64,000 nt of DNA, from NCBI GenBank assembly GCA_964016885.1, contig OZ024759.1, positions 13,082,001 through 13,146,000 of the forward strand. Reading direction: 5' to 3'. A program made the position numbers and the translations under genes. Source of the DNA: Eledone cirrhosa (lineage: Eukaryota). This document shows, piece by piece, positions 1 through 42,444 of the stretch. Position 1 is the stretch's first letter. The number at the start of each line of letters is the position of its first letter. The notes under the pieces were generated by a model that saw nothing but the letters and a program-made list of their open reading frames with translations, searched no databases and was not told the origin of the DNA.

Positions 1-69
1 ATCCATCTCCAGTTCTGAACTGAGATAGAGGGAGTAGGGGTTAACCCCCTGTAGCTGTTGCAACTTAGG

Positions 70-185
70 TATCATCATCATCACCGTTTTACGTCCGTTC
101 TTCCACGCTAGCATGGGTTAGACGGGTTGTCCTGTTGTGGGCAGTGTCCAGTCGGCTGACCATGCCTTGCTCATACGGGAACTGA
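70..185 (-). mobile_element. 3' end of a non-autonomous RTE-tailed SINE-like element with (CAT)n tail; related pieces at ~11900-12070(+), 12085-12260(-), 30790-30850, 43870-44040, 46570-46695, 50650-50990
   Basis: catcatc..ttttacgtccgttcttccacgctagcatgggttagac recurs at these loci and resembles the 3' end of the RTE LINE copies. Confidence 0.65.
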
Positions 186-977
186 TGTATGTATATAATA
201 TATATTTATATATGTATATAATATATATTATATAATATATATGTATATAATATATATTATATAATATATATTATATAATATGTATGTATATAATATATAT
301 TTATATATGTATATAATATGTATTATATAATATATATGTATATAATATATATTATATAATATATATGTATATAATATATATTTATATATGTATATAATAT
401 ATATTATATAATATATATGTATATAATATATATTATATAATATATATGTATATAATATATATTATATAATATGTATGTATATAATATATATTTATATATG
501 TATATAATATATATTATATAATATATATGTATATAATATATATTATATAATATGTATGTATATAATATATATTTATATATGTATATAATATATATTATAT
601 AATATATATGTATATAATATATATTATATAATATATATGTATATAATATATATTATATAATATGTATGTATATAATATATATTTATATATGTATATAATA
701 TGTATTATATAATATATATGTATATAATATATATTATATAATATATATGTATATAATATATATTTATATATGTATATAATATATATTATATAATATATAT
801 GTATATAATATATATTATATAATATATATGTATATAATATGTATATAATATATATTATATAATATATGTGTATATAATATATATGTATACAATATATATT
901 ATATAATATATATGTATATAATATATATTTATATATGTATATAATATATATGTATATAATATATATTTATATATATA
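186..977. repeat. AT-rich low-complexity tandem repeat (tatataatatatattatataatatatatg-like)
   Basis: Visible tandem periodicity. Confidence 0.95.
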
Positions 978-1301
978 GGACGAGGAAAATTTTTAAGATC
1001 CATGGATGAGTTCTCTCCAGCAGTCTCTGTCTTTCATCGTTACTGCTATGTCCCACGTTTCCCAGAGACCAGTGTCTGTCCTTAGGGTATTAATATATGT
1101 CATCCTCAGTCACCCTCTGTCCGTGTATGGGGCTCCCACAGGACCACTGAGTGCAGTGTCAACCCTGAATGACAGTGAGCATGTCCAGTTAACTTCAGTC
1201 TCCTCTGTGTCACTCTCAAGTTGACTTTTGGGAGGCTCCCGTACAGCTCTGAGTTCTTCAACTGTAGTGTATACTGACTAATGTTCAGTCATCCTCAGCA
1301 T

Positions 1302-1327
1302 CCTAACCCTAACCCTAACCCTAACCC
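1302..1327 (-). repeat. Short interstitial telomeric repeat, (TTAGGG) about 4 units
   Basis: cctaaccctaaccctaaccctaaccc. Confidence 0.85.
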
Positions 1328-1942
1328 ATCCACCATCTGAGTGAGTCTCTTGGTCAGTGTCCAAGTCTCAGACCCGTTCAATAACACAGACTCCACTGTA
1401 GCGACGAAGGTTTGACTTCCACACCAACCTCAAACTTTGCTCTTCCACTCCACCACATCACCCCCTGTGCTCCCAATCTCTGTTCCCAGACACAGGAAGT
1501 CCTCAACCAACTCTAGCAGCTTCCTGCCCACATTCATAATTTTCTCTGTCTTCTTAATGTTCTCTACCAGAAACTTCGTCTTATTCTCATTCATGTTCAG
1601 CTCCACACTCATCGACACAGTCTCCACCTCTCGCACCAACTCCTCTGACCCCTTCAATGTGTTTGTCACCGGAGCTATGTCGTCTGCAAATTCAGCATCT
1701 GATATCTTTTTAGCCTTAACTCTCCTGATGCTACCCTGTGCTACAGTGAAGCCTAAGTCTTGGTGTTTCACCAGTGCAAAATGCATACAATAGTCCACTG
1801 TGATGATGAAAAGGTAGGGAGCCAATGTATCTCCCTGGAGAACTCCAGCCAGTATCTCAAAGAACTCCATCATCCTGTCAGGTGTAATGACTTGGGCTCT
1901 GGTGTTTGTGTAGAGCAGTGATATCAGGTCCACTATCTTCTT

Positions 1943-1960
1943 GGGTTAGGGTTAGGGTTA
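1943..1960 (+). repeat. Short interstitial telomeric repeat (GGGTTA)3
   Basis: gggttagggttagggtta. Confidence 0.8.
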
Positions 1961-2137
1961 TTCCATATACCTGTAAAATCTTCATCAGGCAGTCTTGGTC
2001 CACAGAATCAAAGGCCTTCCTGAAGTCAGAGGGATCTCACTGATGTTAATTGTGGCAAAGATCCTCTTAACAAGATCCAGCCCAAGATGGAGAAGTTCAG
2101 GGACAACCAGAATGGTATACATACATACATACATACA

Positions 2138-2183
<46 letters not shown>

Positions 2184-2394
2184 CATACACACACATAGAT
2201 ATGTGTATTAGGATTGATGCCTCTGAAATAGCGATGTATACAGGAATGTATGCATAGTATATTTGGCAATATATCGTATGTTTAATTAAAAACATTTTGA
2301 AGACTTTACGCTATCATTTTTAAAGTAGTGACTATGTCACTTACTTCTTTTCTGCTAATTAAACATACGGTATATTGCCAAATATACTATGCAT

Positions 2395-2426
<32 letters not shown>

Positions 2427-2442
2427 TAGTTATTGCTCGCAC

Positions 2443-2510
2443 CAACCTGAGGTATCTGATTTTTAATGCGATGAAATACCAATGATGGTTGTAAAATCAC
2501 TGACGAAGGA
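2443..2510 (+). ncRNA. Candidate non-circularly permuted, kink-turn-containing hammerhead ribozyme (copy 1)
   Basis: ggtaU-C, GAAA and CUGACGA core strands; stems ggtat/atacc, tgatttt/aaaatca, caacc/ggttg; canonical K-turn. Confidence 0.65.
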
Positions 2511-2570
2511 CTATTTTTATCATATGTAACCCATGTGCAAACCACGCAGTATTCTTCTTTCTTCTCATGT

Positions 2571-2631
<61 letters not shown>

Positions 2632-2671
2632 GATATTAATAAATGGAAACTATATTTATAAAACCATATTT

Positions 2672-2734
2672 ATTTCATTATACATATTTCAGGGATACCA
2701 AATTAAATTATGGTATGCTTTCATCAGACAAACT
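2672..2734 (-). ncRNA. Type I hammerhead ribozyme, family A
   Basis: Minus strand: agtttgt CUGAUGA aagc-atacca..tggtat-ccct GAAA tatgta UA atgaaat. Confidence 0.7.
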
Positions 2735-2975
2735 ACAATATATAATAGTTTTACAAATAAGCTTTGACGTACCCTATTAAAATGCAACCATTGTTTTTGG
2801 AAGTCATCCGTATAATGAAATAAATATGGTTTTATAAATATAGTTTCCATTTATTAATATCGTATATCTACTCCAAATACTTGTCGAGTGCTTTATATCA
2901 GTTATTAAAATATTTACTTGTATCCCAACAATTTTATATAGAACTTTTGCATATATATATATATATGTGTGTGTG

Positions 2976-3007
<32 letters not shown>

Positions 3008-3093
3008 TGTATGTATGTATGTATGTATGTATGTATGTATGTATGTATGTATGTATGTATGTATGCATGCATGTATGTATGTATGTATGTATG

Positions 3094-3415
3094 CTGTTGA
3101 CTTGTTCTTCTTTTTGGTAAATATCATCTTGGTTAAGAGAGTGGGACTGGCTTTGTGCAGTGCCTTTGCTCACTATAAAAGCTTCACGGCACAGGCATTG
3201 CTTTATATCTGGAGATCTCTCTGCACTTGTCCTCACATGGTACCATGGGCCCAGCACTATGTGTCAATAATTGTCACAAGTGTAGTGTTTGTACCAGAGT
3301 TTTCAAGTCGCTGGCTGGACTAAAAAGTCACACTCGTTCAGCGCTTCGGTAAGGGTTCTCCTACATGGATATAAAGTAGTGGCCGTACTCGAAAACGAGT
3401 TGGCAGCCATCATGT
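3094..3415 (+). mobile_element. RTE/BovB-like LINE 3' end with C-terminal C2H2 finger and (GTAT)n tail
   Basis: Translates CSVCTRVFKSLAGLKSHTRS, then a short 3' UTR and a (GTAT)n tail. Confidence 0.65.
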
Positions 3416-3894
3416 ATGCATGCATGTATGTATGTATGTATGTATGTATGTATGTATGTATGTATGTATGTATGCATGCATGTATGTATGTATGTATGTA
3501 TGTGTGTGTATATGTATGTATGTATGTATGCATGCATGCATGCATGTATGTATGTATGTATGTATGTATGTGTGTGTTACTGAAGTACATAGTCTAGTTT
3601 TACCACGTGATCCAATCCACTATTTATTGAAAATCTCGCCACCAATTCGTATCCACAGTTACCATGTCGTAATATTTGTATATCAATGTTGTCAATACTT
3701 CAAGAACGACTGTAATATAATTATTGTATGCACCAATCTTTAAATATTATCTGGAAATTAGATACAAAACCTCCATTGATTTAAAAATAAATAACAGTCC
3801 TCAACACATATCTGTATTAACGCACGCATGAATATAGCATACTGAATATAATTCTATATGAAAACTACTCTCTCTCTCTCTATATATATATGGT

Positions 3895-4192
3895 GGTGGC
3901 TACCAACTCGTTTTCGAGTACGGCCACTACTTTATATCCGTGTAGGAGAACCCCTACCGATGCGCTGAACGAGTGTGACTTTTTAGTCCAGCCAGCGACT
4001 TGAAAACACTACACTTGTGACAATTATTGACACATAGTGCTGGTACCATGTGACGACAAGTGCAGAGAGATCTCCAGATATAAAGCAATGCCTGTGCCGT
4101 GAAGCTTTTATAGTGAGCAAAGGCACTGCACAAAGCCAGTCCCACTCTCTTAACCAAGATGATATTTACCAAAAAGAAGAACAAGTCAACAT
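3895..4192 (-). mobile_element. Inverted second copy of 3094-3415
   Basis: Reverse-complement identity with small deletions. Confidence 0.8.
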
Positions 4193-4238
4193 ACATATAT
4201 ATACATACACACACACGCATAGATATTTATAAATGTAA

Positions 4239-4286
<48 letters not shown>

Positions 4287-4429
4287 TCTCTGTACTTCTA
4301 AATCGGATGATATTCGGAGACGCACAATCCCAAATAAGCTTTAATTCATTCATACACTCTATATATGCCTTTGTGCATAGGAAAGGGTGCGTGTGTAATA
4401 GATATAGACAGGGAATGGGCTATATAGAT

Positions 4430-5005
4430 AGAAAGATGTGTGAGATGTATGTAGAGGGAGTGTGTAAAGGATACAGAGGATGGGTGTACGAGAGATGGTG
4501 TATGTGAGATATATAGAGGGGTGTGTGAAAGATAGAGAGATGGTGTGTGAGAGATAGAGAGAGGGTGTATGAGAGATATATAGAGGGGTGTGTGAAAGAT
4601 AGAGAGATGGTGTGTGAGAGATAGAGAGAGGGTGTATGAGAGATATATAGAGGGGTGTGTGAAAGATAGAGAGATGGTGTGTGAGAGATAGAGAGATGGT
4701 GTGTGAGAGATATAGAGAGGGTGTATGAGAGATATATAGAGGGGTGTGTGAAAGATAGAGAGATGGTGTGTGAGAGATAGAGAGATGGTGTGTGAGAGAT
4801 ATAGAGAGGCGTGTGTGAGAGATAGAGAGAGGGTGTGTAAAAGATAGAGAGAGGGTGTGTGAGAGATAGAGAGAGGGTGTGTAAAAGATATATAGAGGGG
4901 TGTGTGTAAAAGATAGAGAGATGGTGTGTGAGAAATAGAGAGAGGGTGTATGAGAGATATAATTAAAGAGCTAGCTAGATATAGAGAGGGGTGTGAGAGA
5001 TAGAA
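4430..5005. repeat. GA/GT-rich degenerate tandem repeat
   Basis: agagagatggtgtgtgagagat-like units. Confidence 0.9.
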
Positions 5006-5278
5006 TTAGAGAGCTAGCTAGATAAATGGATATCTTAAAAGTGAGATAGACTTGTTTTCGGTGTCAGCTATGTGTTGTTCGTGTGTATATGGACCCGAGA
5101 AAGACACATCAAAAATAGATAATTTATAATATCAAATGAAATTATAAATACACACGCATACAAACACACATATAAATATATATATGTATATTATATAATA
5201 ATACTAATAATATTAGTAATACAAGTAGAGAAACAAAACAAAACGGTGAATTTGTATTGTAAATACGATTGCGGAGCC

Positions 5279-33284
<28,006 letters not shown>

Positions 33285-33864
33285 GTTATGGCAGGGTGAG
33301 AGAGAGGGTGTATGTGTGACAGTATATGTGTGTGTGTGACGGTGTTTGACGGTGTTTGTGCATATATGTGAGAGAGTCTGTGAGTGTGTGAGTGAGAGTG
33401 TGCATGTGTGTGAAAGAGTGGGAGGTGGTGAGGGGGAAAGATAGAGAGGTAGATGTGAGAGTAGAAATTTGGGAAGAACAGCAAGAGCCAGTTTTTGTTT
33501 GTGTACTGCATAGCATTATTGATGATGATGATGTTAACAGCATTTACTTCTAACTGATGTTGATGATGATGATGTTAACAGCATTTACTTCTAACTGATG
33601 TTGATGATGATGATGTTAACAGCATTTACTTTTAACTAATGTTGATGATGATGATGATGTTGATTCTGAGCCTGTTGGTCATATGTAATATATAACTATA
33701 TTTGTAATATAATAATAATAATGAGTAGGAACAAGGTATCAATGTGGCATCAATATGTTTATTCATGCATGACACACATTTCATCGTCGATCAGCTCAAG
33801 GAATGATCAGTATCGATTGCACTCGATCAGTATTGATAGTTCATCAGACTTGTGGATTCCTTAT

Positions 33865-34640
33865 TTAACTCTTTAGCATTTAAACTGGCCATATCTGGCC
33901 GGAATTCCCTCACTTCTTTCTGTTCAGACCGGCTGTAAACAACATACTGATGTTAAGGTATTGTTCTCAAAATTAATAATGCCAAAATATCGTAGATTCG
34001 ATATTATGTGAGATAAAGACGTTACTGTGAAAATACAATAGTATATATAGAGTAATGTAAATGTTATGTGAGGTAAAGCCTTTACAGTGAAAATACAATA
34101 GTATATATAGAGTAATGTAAATGTGTATGTGAGATATTATGTGAGGTAAAGACTTTACTGTGAAAATATAATAGTAAATATAGAGTAATGTAAATGTTAT
34201 GTGAGATATTATGTGAGGTAAAGCCTTTACTGTGAAAATACTATAGTATATATAGAGTAATGTAAATGTTATGTGAGATATTATGTGAGGTAAAGCCTTT
34301 ACTGTGAAAATACAATAGTATATATAGAGTAATGTATATGTTATGTGAGATATTATGTGAGGTAAAGCCTTTACTGTGAAAATACTATAGTATATATAGA
34401 GTAATGTAAATGTTATGTGAGATATTATGTGAGGTAAAGCCTTTACTGTGAAAATACTATAGTATATATAGAGTAATGTAAATGTTATGTGAGATATTAT
34501 GTGAGGTAAAGCCTTTACTGTGAAAATACTATAGTATATATAGAGTAATGTAAATGTTATGTGAGATATTATGTGAGGTAAAGCCTTTACTGTGAACATA
34601 CAATAGTATATATAGAGTAATGTAAATGCTAAAAGGTTAA
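33865..34640 (+). mobile_element. piggyBac-like MITE with an internal 72-bp tandem array (about 8.5 units)
   Basis: TTAA-ctctttagcattta ... taaatgctaaaagg-TTAA termini. Confidence 0.75.
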
Positions 34641-35100
34641 GGAATCCACAAGTTTGATGAGCTATTGATTCCAGAGTCAGGTATAGTCAATACCAAACCA
34701 ATTGTTCCTTGAGCTGATCAATCATGAAACCCACATCACACGGGAATAAACATAATGATGCTATATTGATAGCTTGTTTCTACTCAGTGGATTGGCAGTA
34801 CCGATAGAACGTCAGACACCATGCTTTACAGCACAGAGTTATGGCCCTTTACGTTCTGGGTTGAAGTCCCGTTGAGGTTAACTTAGCCTTTCATCCTTAC
34901 AGGGTCGATAAAATAAAGTACCAGTAATACACTGGCGTAATTGCTGGCCTTGTGCCATGAGTAGAAATAATAATTATTATTGTTATTATTGACGCTCTGC
35001 TTCTTAATGGAAGTGCATGGCCTAGTGGTAAGGGTGTCAGACTTATGACATTAGAGTTATGGGTTCAATTCCTGGACTGGGTTGTGTGGTGTGTTCTTGA

Positions 35101-36213
<1,113 letters not shown>

Positions 36214-36462
36214 TAGATCCAGTCAGTGTTCACTTGACTATTCATCTCATCATCTCGAGAGAGAGGGGGGGGGGGGTGTAGGGGAGAGGGAGGTAGTAAA
36301 CAATATAATGCATTTTTAAAAAATAAAAATCTTACTTCTGTTAACTTTGTTTCTTCTTGGGAGTATTAACCCCCACCCACCAATTATATACAGACATATA
36401 TATATATATATGAGTGTGTGTATGTATACATACATATATATATATGTATGTATATATTTTTG

Positions 36463-36497
<35 letters not shown>

Positions 36498-36877
36498 GAA
36501 TAATCGAGTATCGAAAAATCGGCGCACGAGTTCACGATAAACAAAATTCGACATGAGTGGCAGAGGGCTCAATAATTCAGATAAATCAGAGCTATAACTA
36601 TCGTTAAAATACCGTCACACATAGATTATGTCTAAAATCAACCATACGACCGAAAAATTACGATCAGGAAGATTCGGGTGACTCAGATAAAATATCAATA
36701 AATCAATAAATCATATGAATGTAAAAAGCTTACCCGGACCCACTAGAAAGATGGTAAATCTAGCTTCTTGGGTTTCTGTAAATCCTTAAACCGCCCACTA
36801 TCAGCCCACATAAAAATATATAAGACTTCTAGAGAGCGGCGGACAGGAAATACTTTATCAAGGAGCTTTGTCCAGAC

Positions 36878-36934
<57 letters not shown>

Positions 36935-36986
36935 TGTGTGTATGTATACATACATATATATATATATGTATGTATATATTTGTGTT

Positions 36987-37023
<37 letters not shown>

Positions 37024-37203
37024 CTTGTAATAATAATAAATTTGAAGACTAAAATTCAAAGAGGGCTCGATAAGGATAAATATATATCAAATATATAAGA
37101 ACCGCAGAGCAAATATTTATTAAAATATATATATTTATTAAAATATATATATATATATATACGAAATTAAACAAATGGAAACTATATTTATAAAACCATA
37201 TTT

Positions 37204-37267
37204 ATTTCATTATACATATTTCGGGGATACCATATTAAAAATATGGCATGCCTTCTTCAGATAAAAT
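37204..37267 (-). ncRNA. Type I hammerhead ribozyme, family A
   Basis: attttat CUGAAGA agg-c-atgccatatt(ttt)aatatggtat-c-ccc GAAA tatgta UA atgaaat. Confidence 0.72.
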
Positions 37268-37347
37268 ACAATATATAAATAGTTTTATAAATAATTTTGA
37301 CGTACCATAAATATTGAGCAACCGTTATGTAGGAAGCTGGTTTGGTA

Positions 37348-37542
37348 GTATGTATATATGTATATATATATATGTATGTATATATATATGTATGTATATA
37401 TATGTATATATGTATGTAAATATATGTATGTATATATATGTATATATGTATGTATATATATGTATATGTATGTATATATATGTATGTATGTATATATGTA
37501 TATATATGTATGTATGTATATATATATATGTTTATATATATG

Positions 37543-37587
<45 letters not shown>

Positions 37588-37830
37588 GTATATATATATA
37601 TGTATATATATATATATGTTTATATATATATATATATGTTTATATATATATGTTTATATATATATATATGTTTATATATATATATATGTTTATATATATA
37701 TATATGTTTATATATATATATATGTTTATATATATATGTATATATGTATATATGTATATATATATATATATGTATATATGTATATATATATATATGTATA
37801 TATATATATGTATATATATGTATATATATG

Positions 37831-37897
<67 letters not shown>

Positions 37898-38006
37898 GTA
37901 TATATATATATGTATATATGTATATATATATATGTATATATATATATGTATATATATATATGTATATATATATATGTATATATATATATGTATATATGTA
38001 TATATG

Positions 38007-38063
<57 letters not shown>

Positions 38064-38268
38064 GTATATATATATATGTATATATATATATGTATATATA
38101 TATATGTATATATATATATGTATATATATATATGTATATATATATATGTATATATATATATGTATATATATATATGTATATATATATATGTATATATATA
38201 TATGTATATATATATATATGTATATATATATATGTATATATATATATGTATATATATGTATATATATG

Positions 38269-38299
<31 letters not shown>

Positions 38300-38567
38300 G
38301 TATATGTATATATATGTATATGTATATATATATATATGTATATATATATGTATATATATATATATGTATATATATATGTATATATATATATATGTATATG
38401 TATATATGTATATATATGTATATGTATATATGTATATATATATATATGTATATATATATGTATATATATGTATATGTATATGTATATATATATATATGTA
38501 TATGTATATGTATATATATATATGTATATATATATGTATATATATATGTATATATATATGTATATGT

Positions 38568-38615
<48 letters not shown>

Positions 38616-38623
38616 GTATATGT

Positions 38624-38655
<32 letters not shown>

Positions 38656-38663
38656 GTATATGT

Positions 38664-38695
<32 letters not shown>

Positions 38696-38713
38696 GTATA
38701 TATATGTATATGT

Positions 38714-38779
<66 letters not shown>

Positions 38780-38804
38780 GTTTGTATATATATATATATG
38801 TTTG

Positions 38805-38843
<39 letters not shown>

Positions 38844-39229
38844 GTATATGTATATATATGTTTGTATATATATATATATGTTTGTATATATATATATATG
38901 TTTGTATATATATATATATATGTTTGTATATATGTATATATATGTTTGTATATATGTATATATATGTTTGTATATATGTATATATATGTTTGTATATATG
39001 TATATATATGTTTGTATATATATATATATATGTTTGTATATATGTATATATATGTTTGTATATATGTATATATATGTTTGTATATATGTATATATATGTA
39101 TATATATGTTTGTATATATGTATATATATGTATATATATGTTTATATATATGTATATATATGTTTATATATATGTATATATATGTTTATATATATGTATA
39201 TATATATATATATATATGTGTGTATGTAT
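37348..39229. repeat. (TA)n/(TATG) microsatellite block
   Basis: Direct observation. Confidence 0.98.
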
Positions 39230-39289
39230 GACATCCAAGAATGACACATATATTCGTGAAACATTCCATATTTTCTTTGAAGGGATAGC

Positions 39290-40020
39290 TCCAGCATGGC
39301 CACAGTCCAATGTTTGAAACCAGTAAAAGAATGAGTGGCCCCAGCATGGCACGGTCTAATGACTAAAATCAGTAAAAGAATGGTGTGCCCCAGCATGGCC
39401 ACAGTCTAATGACAGAAATCAGTAAAAGAATGGTGTGCCCCAGCATGGCCACAGTCTAATGACAGAAATCAGTAAAAGAATGGTGTGCCCCAGCATGGCC
39501 ACAGTCTAATGACAGAAATCAGTAAAAGAATGGTGTGCCCCAGCATGGCCACAGTCTAATGACAGAAATCAGAAAAAGAATGGTGTGCCCCAGCATGGCC
39601 ACAGTCTAATGACAGAAATCAGTAAAAGAATGGTGTGCCCCAGCATGGCCACAGTCTAATGACAGAAATCAGTAAAAGAATGGTGTGCCCCAGCATGGCC
39701 ACAGTCTAATGACAGAAATCAGTAAAAGAATGGTGTGCCCCACCATGGCCACAGTCTAATGACAGAAATCAGTAAAAGAATGGTGTGCCCCAGCATGGCC
39801 ACAGTCTAACGACAGAAACCAGTAAAAGAATGTGGTGCCCCAGCATGGCCACAGTCTAATGACTGAAACCAGTGAAAGAATTTGGTGCTCCAGCATGGCC
39901 ACGGTCTAATGACTGAAACCAATAAAAGAATGTGGTGCCCCAGCATGGCCACAATCTAATGTCTGAAACCAGTGAAAGAAAGTGGTGCCCCAGTATGGCC
40001 ACAGTGCCTCGGTCTAATGA
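39290..40020. repeat. 50-bp minisatellite (cagcatggccacagtctaatgacagaaatcagtaaaagaatggtgtgccc), about 14 units
   Basis: Tandem period of 50. Confidence 0.95.
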
Positions 40021-40689
40021 ATATAAAGCTACAAAACAAAAACAAAAACAATAATTGTTTTCCTGAAAGAACAACAACAACAACAATACACAAACATACA
40101 ATAATAACCTAATATAAATAAATATACACAGGAACAATAACAACACCCATACATATAAACACACACTAGTGACGAAAGGTAGAATATAAACAGACAGACT
40201 CAATCACGAACACACACGCAAATGCGCGTGCAAACAGACAAATATATAAATAAATAAATAAAATAGAATAAAAAAACATTACAGCAATACAATGGGAGGA
40301 AACCTAATAATATCACTGATGGTGTCACAGTTGTGTGACGAAAGAACTCTGAGAAACTATATTTTTAACTGTTGGTCAATCAATGATAAATATTGATTGC
40401 TAGCTAAATTAATTATAGAAATATAAAATATACGGAAGCGAAAACCAACCCAAACCAAACAGTGAGTGTGTTTTATTATATATTTCTGACTCTTCCCCAA
40501 ATATAACAAAAAAAATAAAACTTCCACTACTCAAACAAAACGAAATACTACAGGAACGCTGTTTAATGATGGTCTCTTTGGTTCCTCTGTTGAACTAAAG
40601 AGAGAATAAGTTTAGTTAAACAAACCATTTCTTCTTCTTTGCGAAAAGTTGTCCCCCTTTGCAGTGAAAATAATTCTTTCTAATTTAGA

Positions 40690-40770
40690 CGCTGGAATGG
40701 CTCTTCCAGCACTTCTTCCTCCCCATCCTTCAGGAAATGCCTTCTCTATTCTGTTTGCAGGTGCATAGGA
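40690..40770 (+). mobile_element. Short CRE-clade (RLE) LINE C-terminal relic
   Basis: LEWLFQH..I(L)-GNAFSIL resembles the EWLFQRISLAI.RGNA motif seen at ~55620-55670 and ~56720. Confidence 0.55.
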
Positions 40771-40823
40771 CCCCATTTGCTCATAATAGTGAGAGATGAG
40801 GAGGGCAAGAGAGACGGAGGTGA

Positions 40824-41387
40824 TGACAGTGGGAGTTTGGTTCCTCTGTGTCTAGACCTGGTGTACATGAGAGATGGAGGCCATGACAGGGAGTTTGGTT
40901 CCTCTGTGTCAAGATCTGCTGTACATGAGAGATGGGGAGAGCTGGAGGCCATGACAGGGAGTTTGGTTCCTCTGTGTCAAGATCTGCTGTACATAAGAGA
41001 TGGGGAGAGCTGGAGGCCATGACAGGGAGTTTGGTTCCTCTGTGTCAAGATCTGCTGTACACGAGAGATGGGGAGAGCTGGAGGCCATGACAGGGAGTTT
41101 GGTTCCTCTGTGTCAAGATCTGCTGTACACGAGAGATGGGGAGAGCTGGAGGCCATGACAGGGAGTTTGGTTCCTCTGTGTCAAGATCTGCTGTACACGA
41201 GAGATGGGGAGAGCTGGAGGCCATGACAGGGAGTTTGGTTCCTCTGTGTCCAGACCTGGTGTACATGAGAGCTGGACGCCATGACAGTGGAAGTCTGGTT
41301 CCTCTGTGTTCGGACCTGGTGTACACGAGAGCTGGAGGCCATGACAGTGGAAGTCTGGTTCCTCTGTGTTCGGACCTGGTGTACATG
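40824..41387. repeat. 68/60-bp minisatellite, about 9 units
   Basis: gacagggagtttggttcctctgtgtcaagatctgctgtac.. units. Confidence 0.93.
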
Positions 41388-41695
41388 TGAGAGTAATTTT
41401 ACAGTATCGACCCTTTCATTAAAAAAAAAAAAAGATTTAATGATTAAATATGAAGTCTTTAGATTGTTGCTCAAATGGAATAAACATGATGGGAAACTGA
41501 AAAAAAAGACCAGCAATTTGTGGGAAGGAGAAAGTCAAATAAATCAACCTCACTGTGTGACTGGTACTTTATTTTGTCAATCCTGGACGGATGAACAGCA
41601 AAATTGACTTAGGTAGGGTTTGAACTCAAAACACAGGAGGCATTAAGTATGTCACAAAGCATTTTGTTTGATGCTCTGCCGATTCTGAATTGTTT

Positions 41696-41900
41696 CTAAC
41701 AGTTTAGCATTTACATTATTCTGTATTTACTAATGTAAAGGCTTTATCTCACATAATATCGAACCTATGAGATTTTGATATCATTTATTTTGAGAACAAT
41801 ACCTTAACATCAGTATGAATGGCCAGTTACACCTGGCTTGAACAGAAGAGGTGAGAGAATTTTGGCCGGTTACAGCTGGTTTAAATGCAAAAGGGCTAAC
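41696..41900 (-). mobile_element. Unexpanded copy of the piggyBac-like MITE at 33865-34640
   Basis: Reverse complement shares catactgatgttaaggtattgttctcaaaa and cgatattatgtgagataaag. Confidence 0.7.
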
Positions 41901-42444
41901 CTAAGTTCAAGGCCAGTAATTTGTGGGGCTGTGGAAAGTTATGTCGAACCTTAATATGTTACTGGTACTTTAATTTGTCAGCCCTGAGAAGGACAAAAGG
42001 CAAAGTTGTCCACTTAGCGGGATTTGAAGATAAACAGCTTGAAGAAACATCACAGAGAATTCCTTTCAACGCTCCACTGATTCTACAAATCTAGTGATCA
42101 AATTATTGACCATGATTGAACCCCTTTACTGCAACAACAATAATGGTTTCTACAATAGGCATGAGACCAACAATTTGGGGTAGACGGGAAAGTCGAATAA
42201 ATCAACCTCAGTGTATTACTGGTACTTTATTTTATTTTATCCCTGTAAGGATGAAAGGCAAAGCTCACCTCGGCGAGATTTGAACTCAGAATGTAAAGGG
42301 ATGCAACGCTATGCCACAAACCATGTTGTCTGACGCTCTACCGATTACTGGCAATCCAACAATGATGATGATGATTACTTTATCGGCCCCTCAGGCTGTG
42401 GACATCATGGGCAATAGAATATATAAATGGGGATGATATAAAAT

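Larger units (their letters stand above)
990..2112 (-). mobile_element. Degenerate RTE-clade non-LTR retrotransposon RT fragment
   Basis: ORF 1430-1933 has GVLQGDTLAPYLF and FADDIA; downstream LLNGSETWTL and RMLR motifs. Confidence 0.85.

Noticed and set aside
3255-3352. Host C2H2 zinc-finger gene
   Set aside because: A single finger followed by an RTE-type 3' end and microsatellite tail
40610-40860. Possible host exon (plus-strand acceptor at 40760 or a minus-strand open frame)
   Set aside because: Better explained as a CRE LINE C-terminal relic followed by a minisatellite
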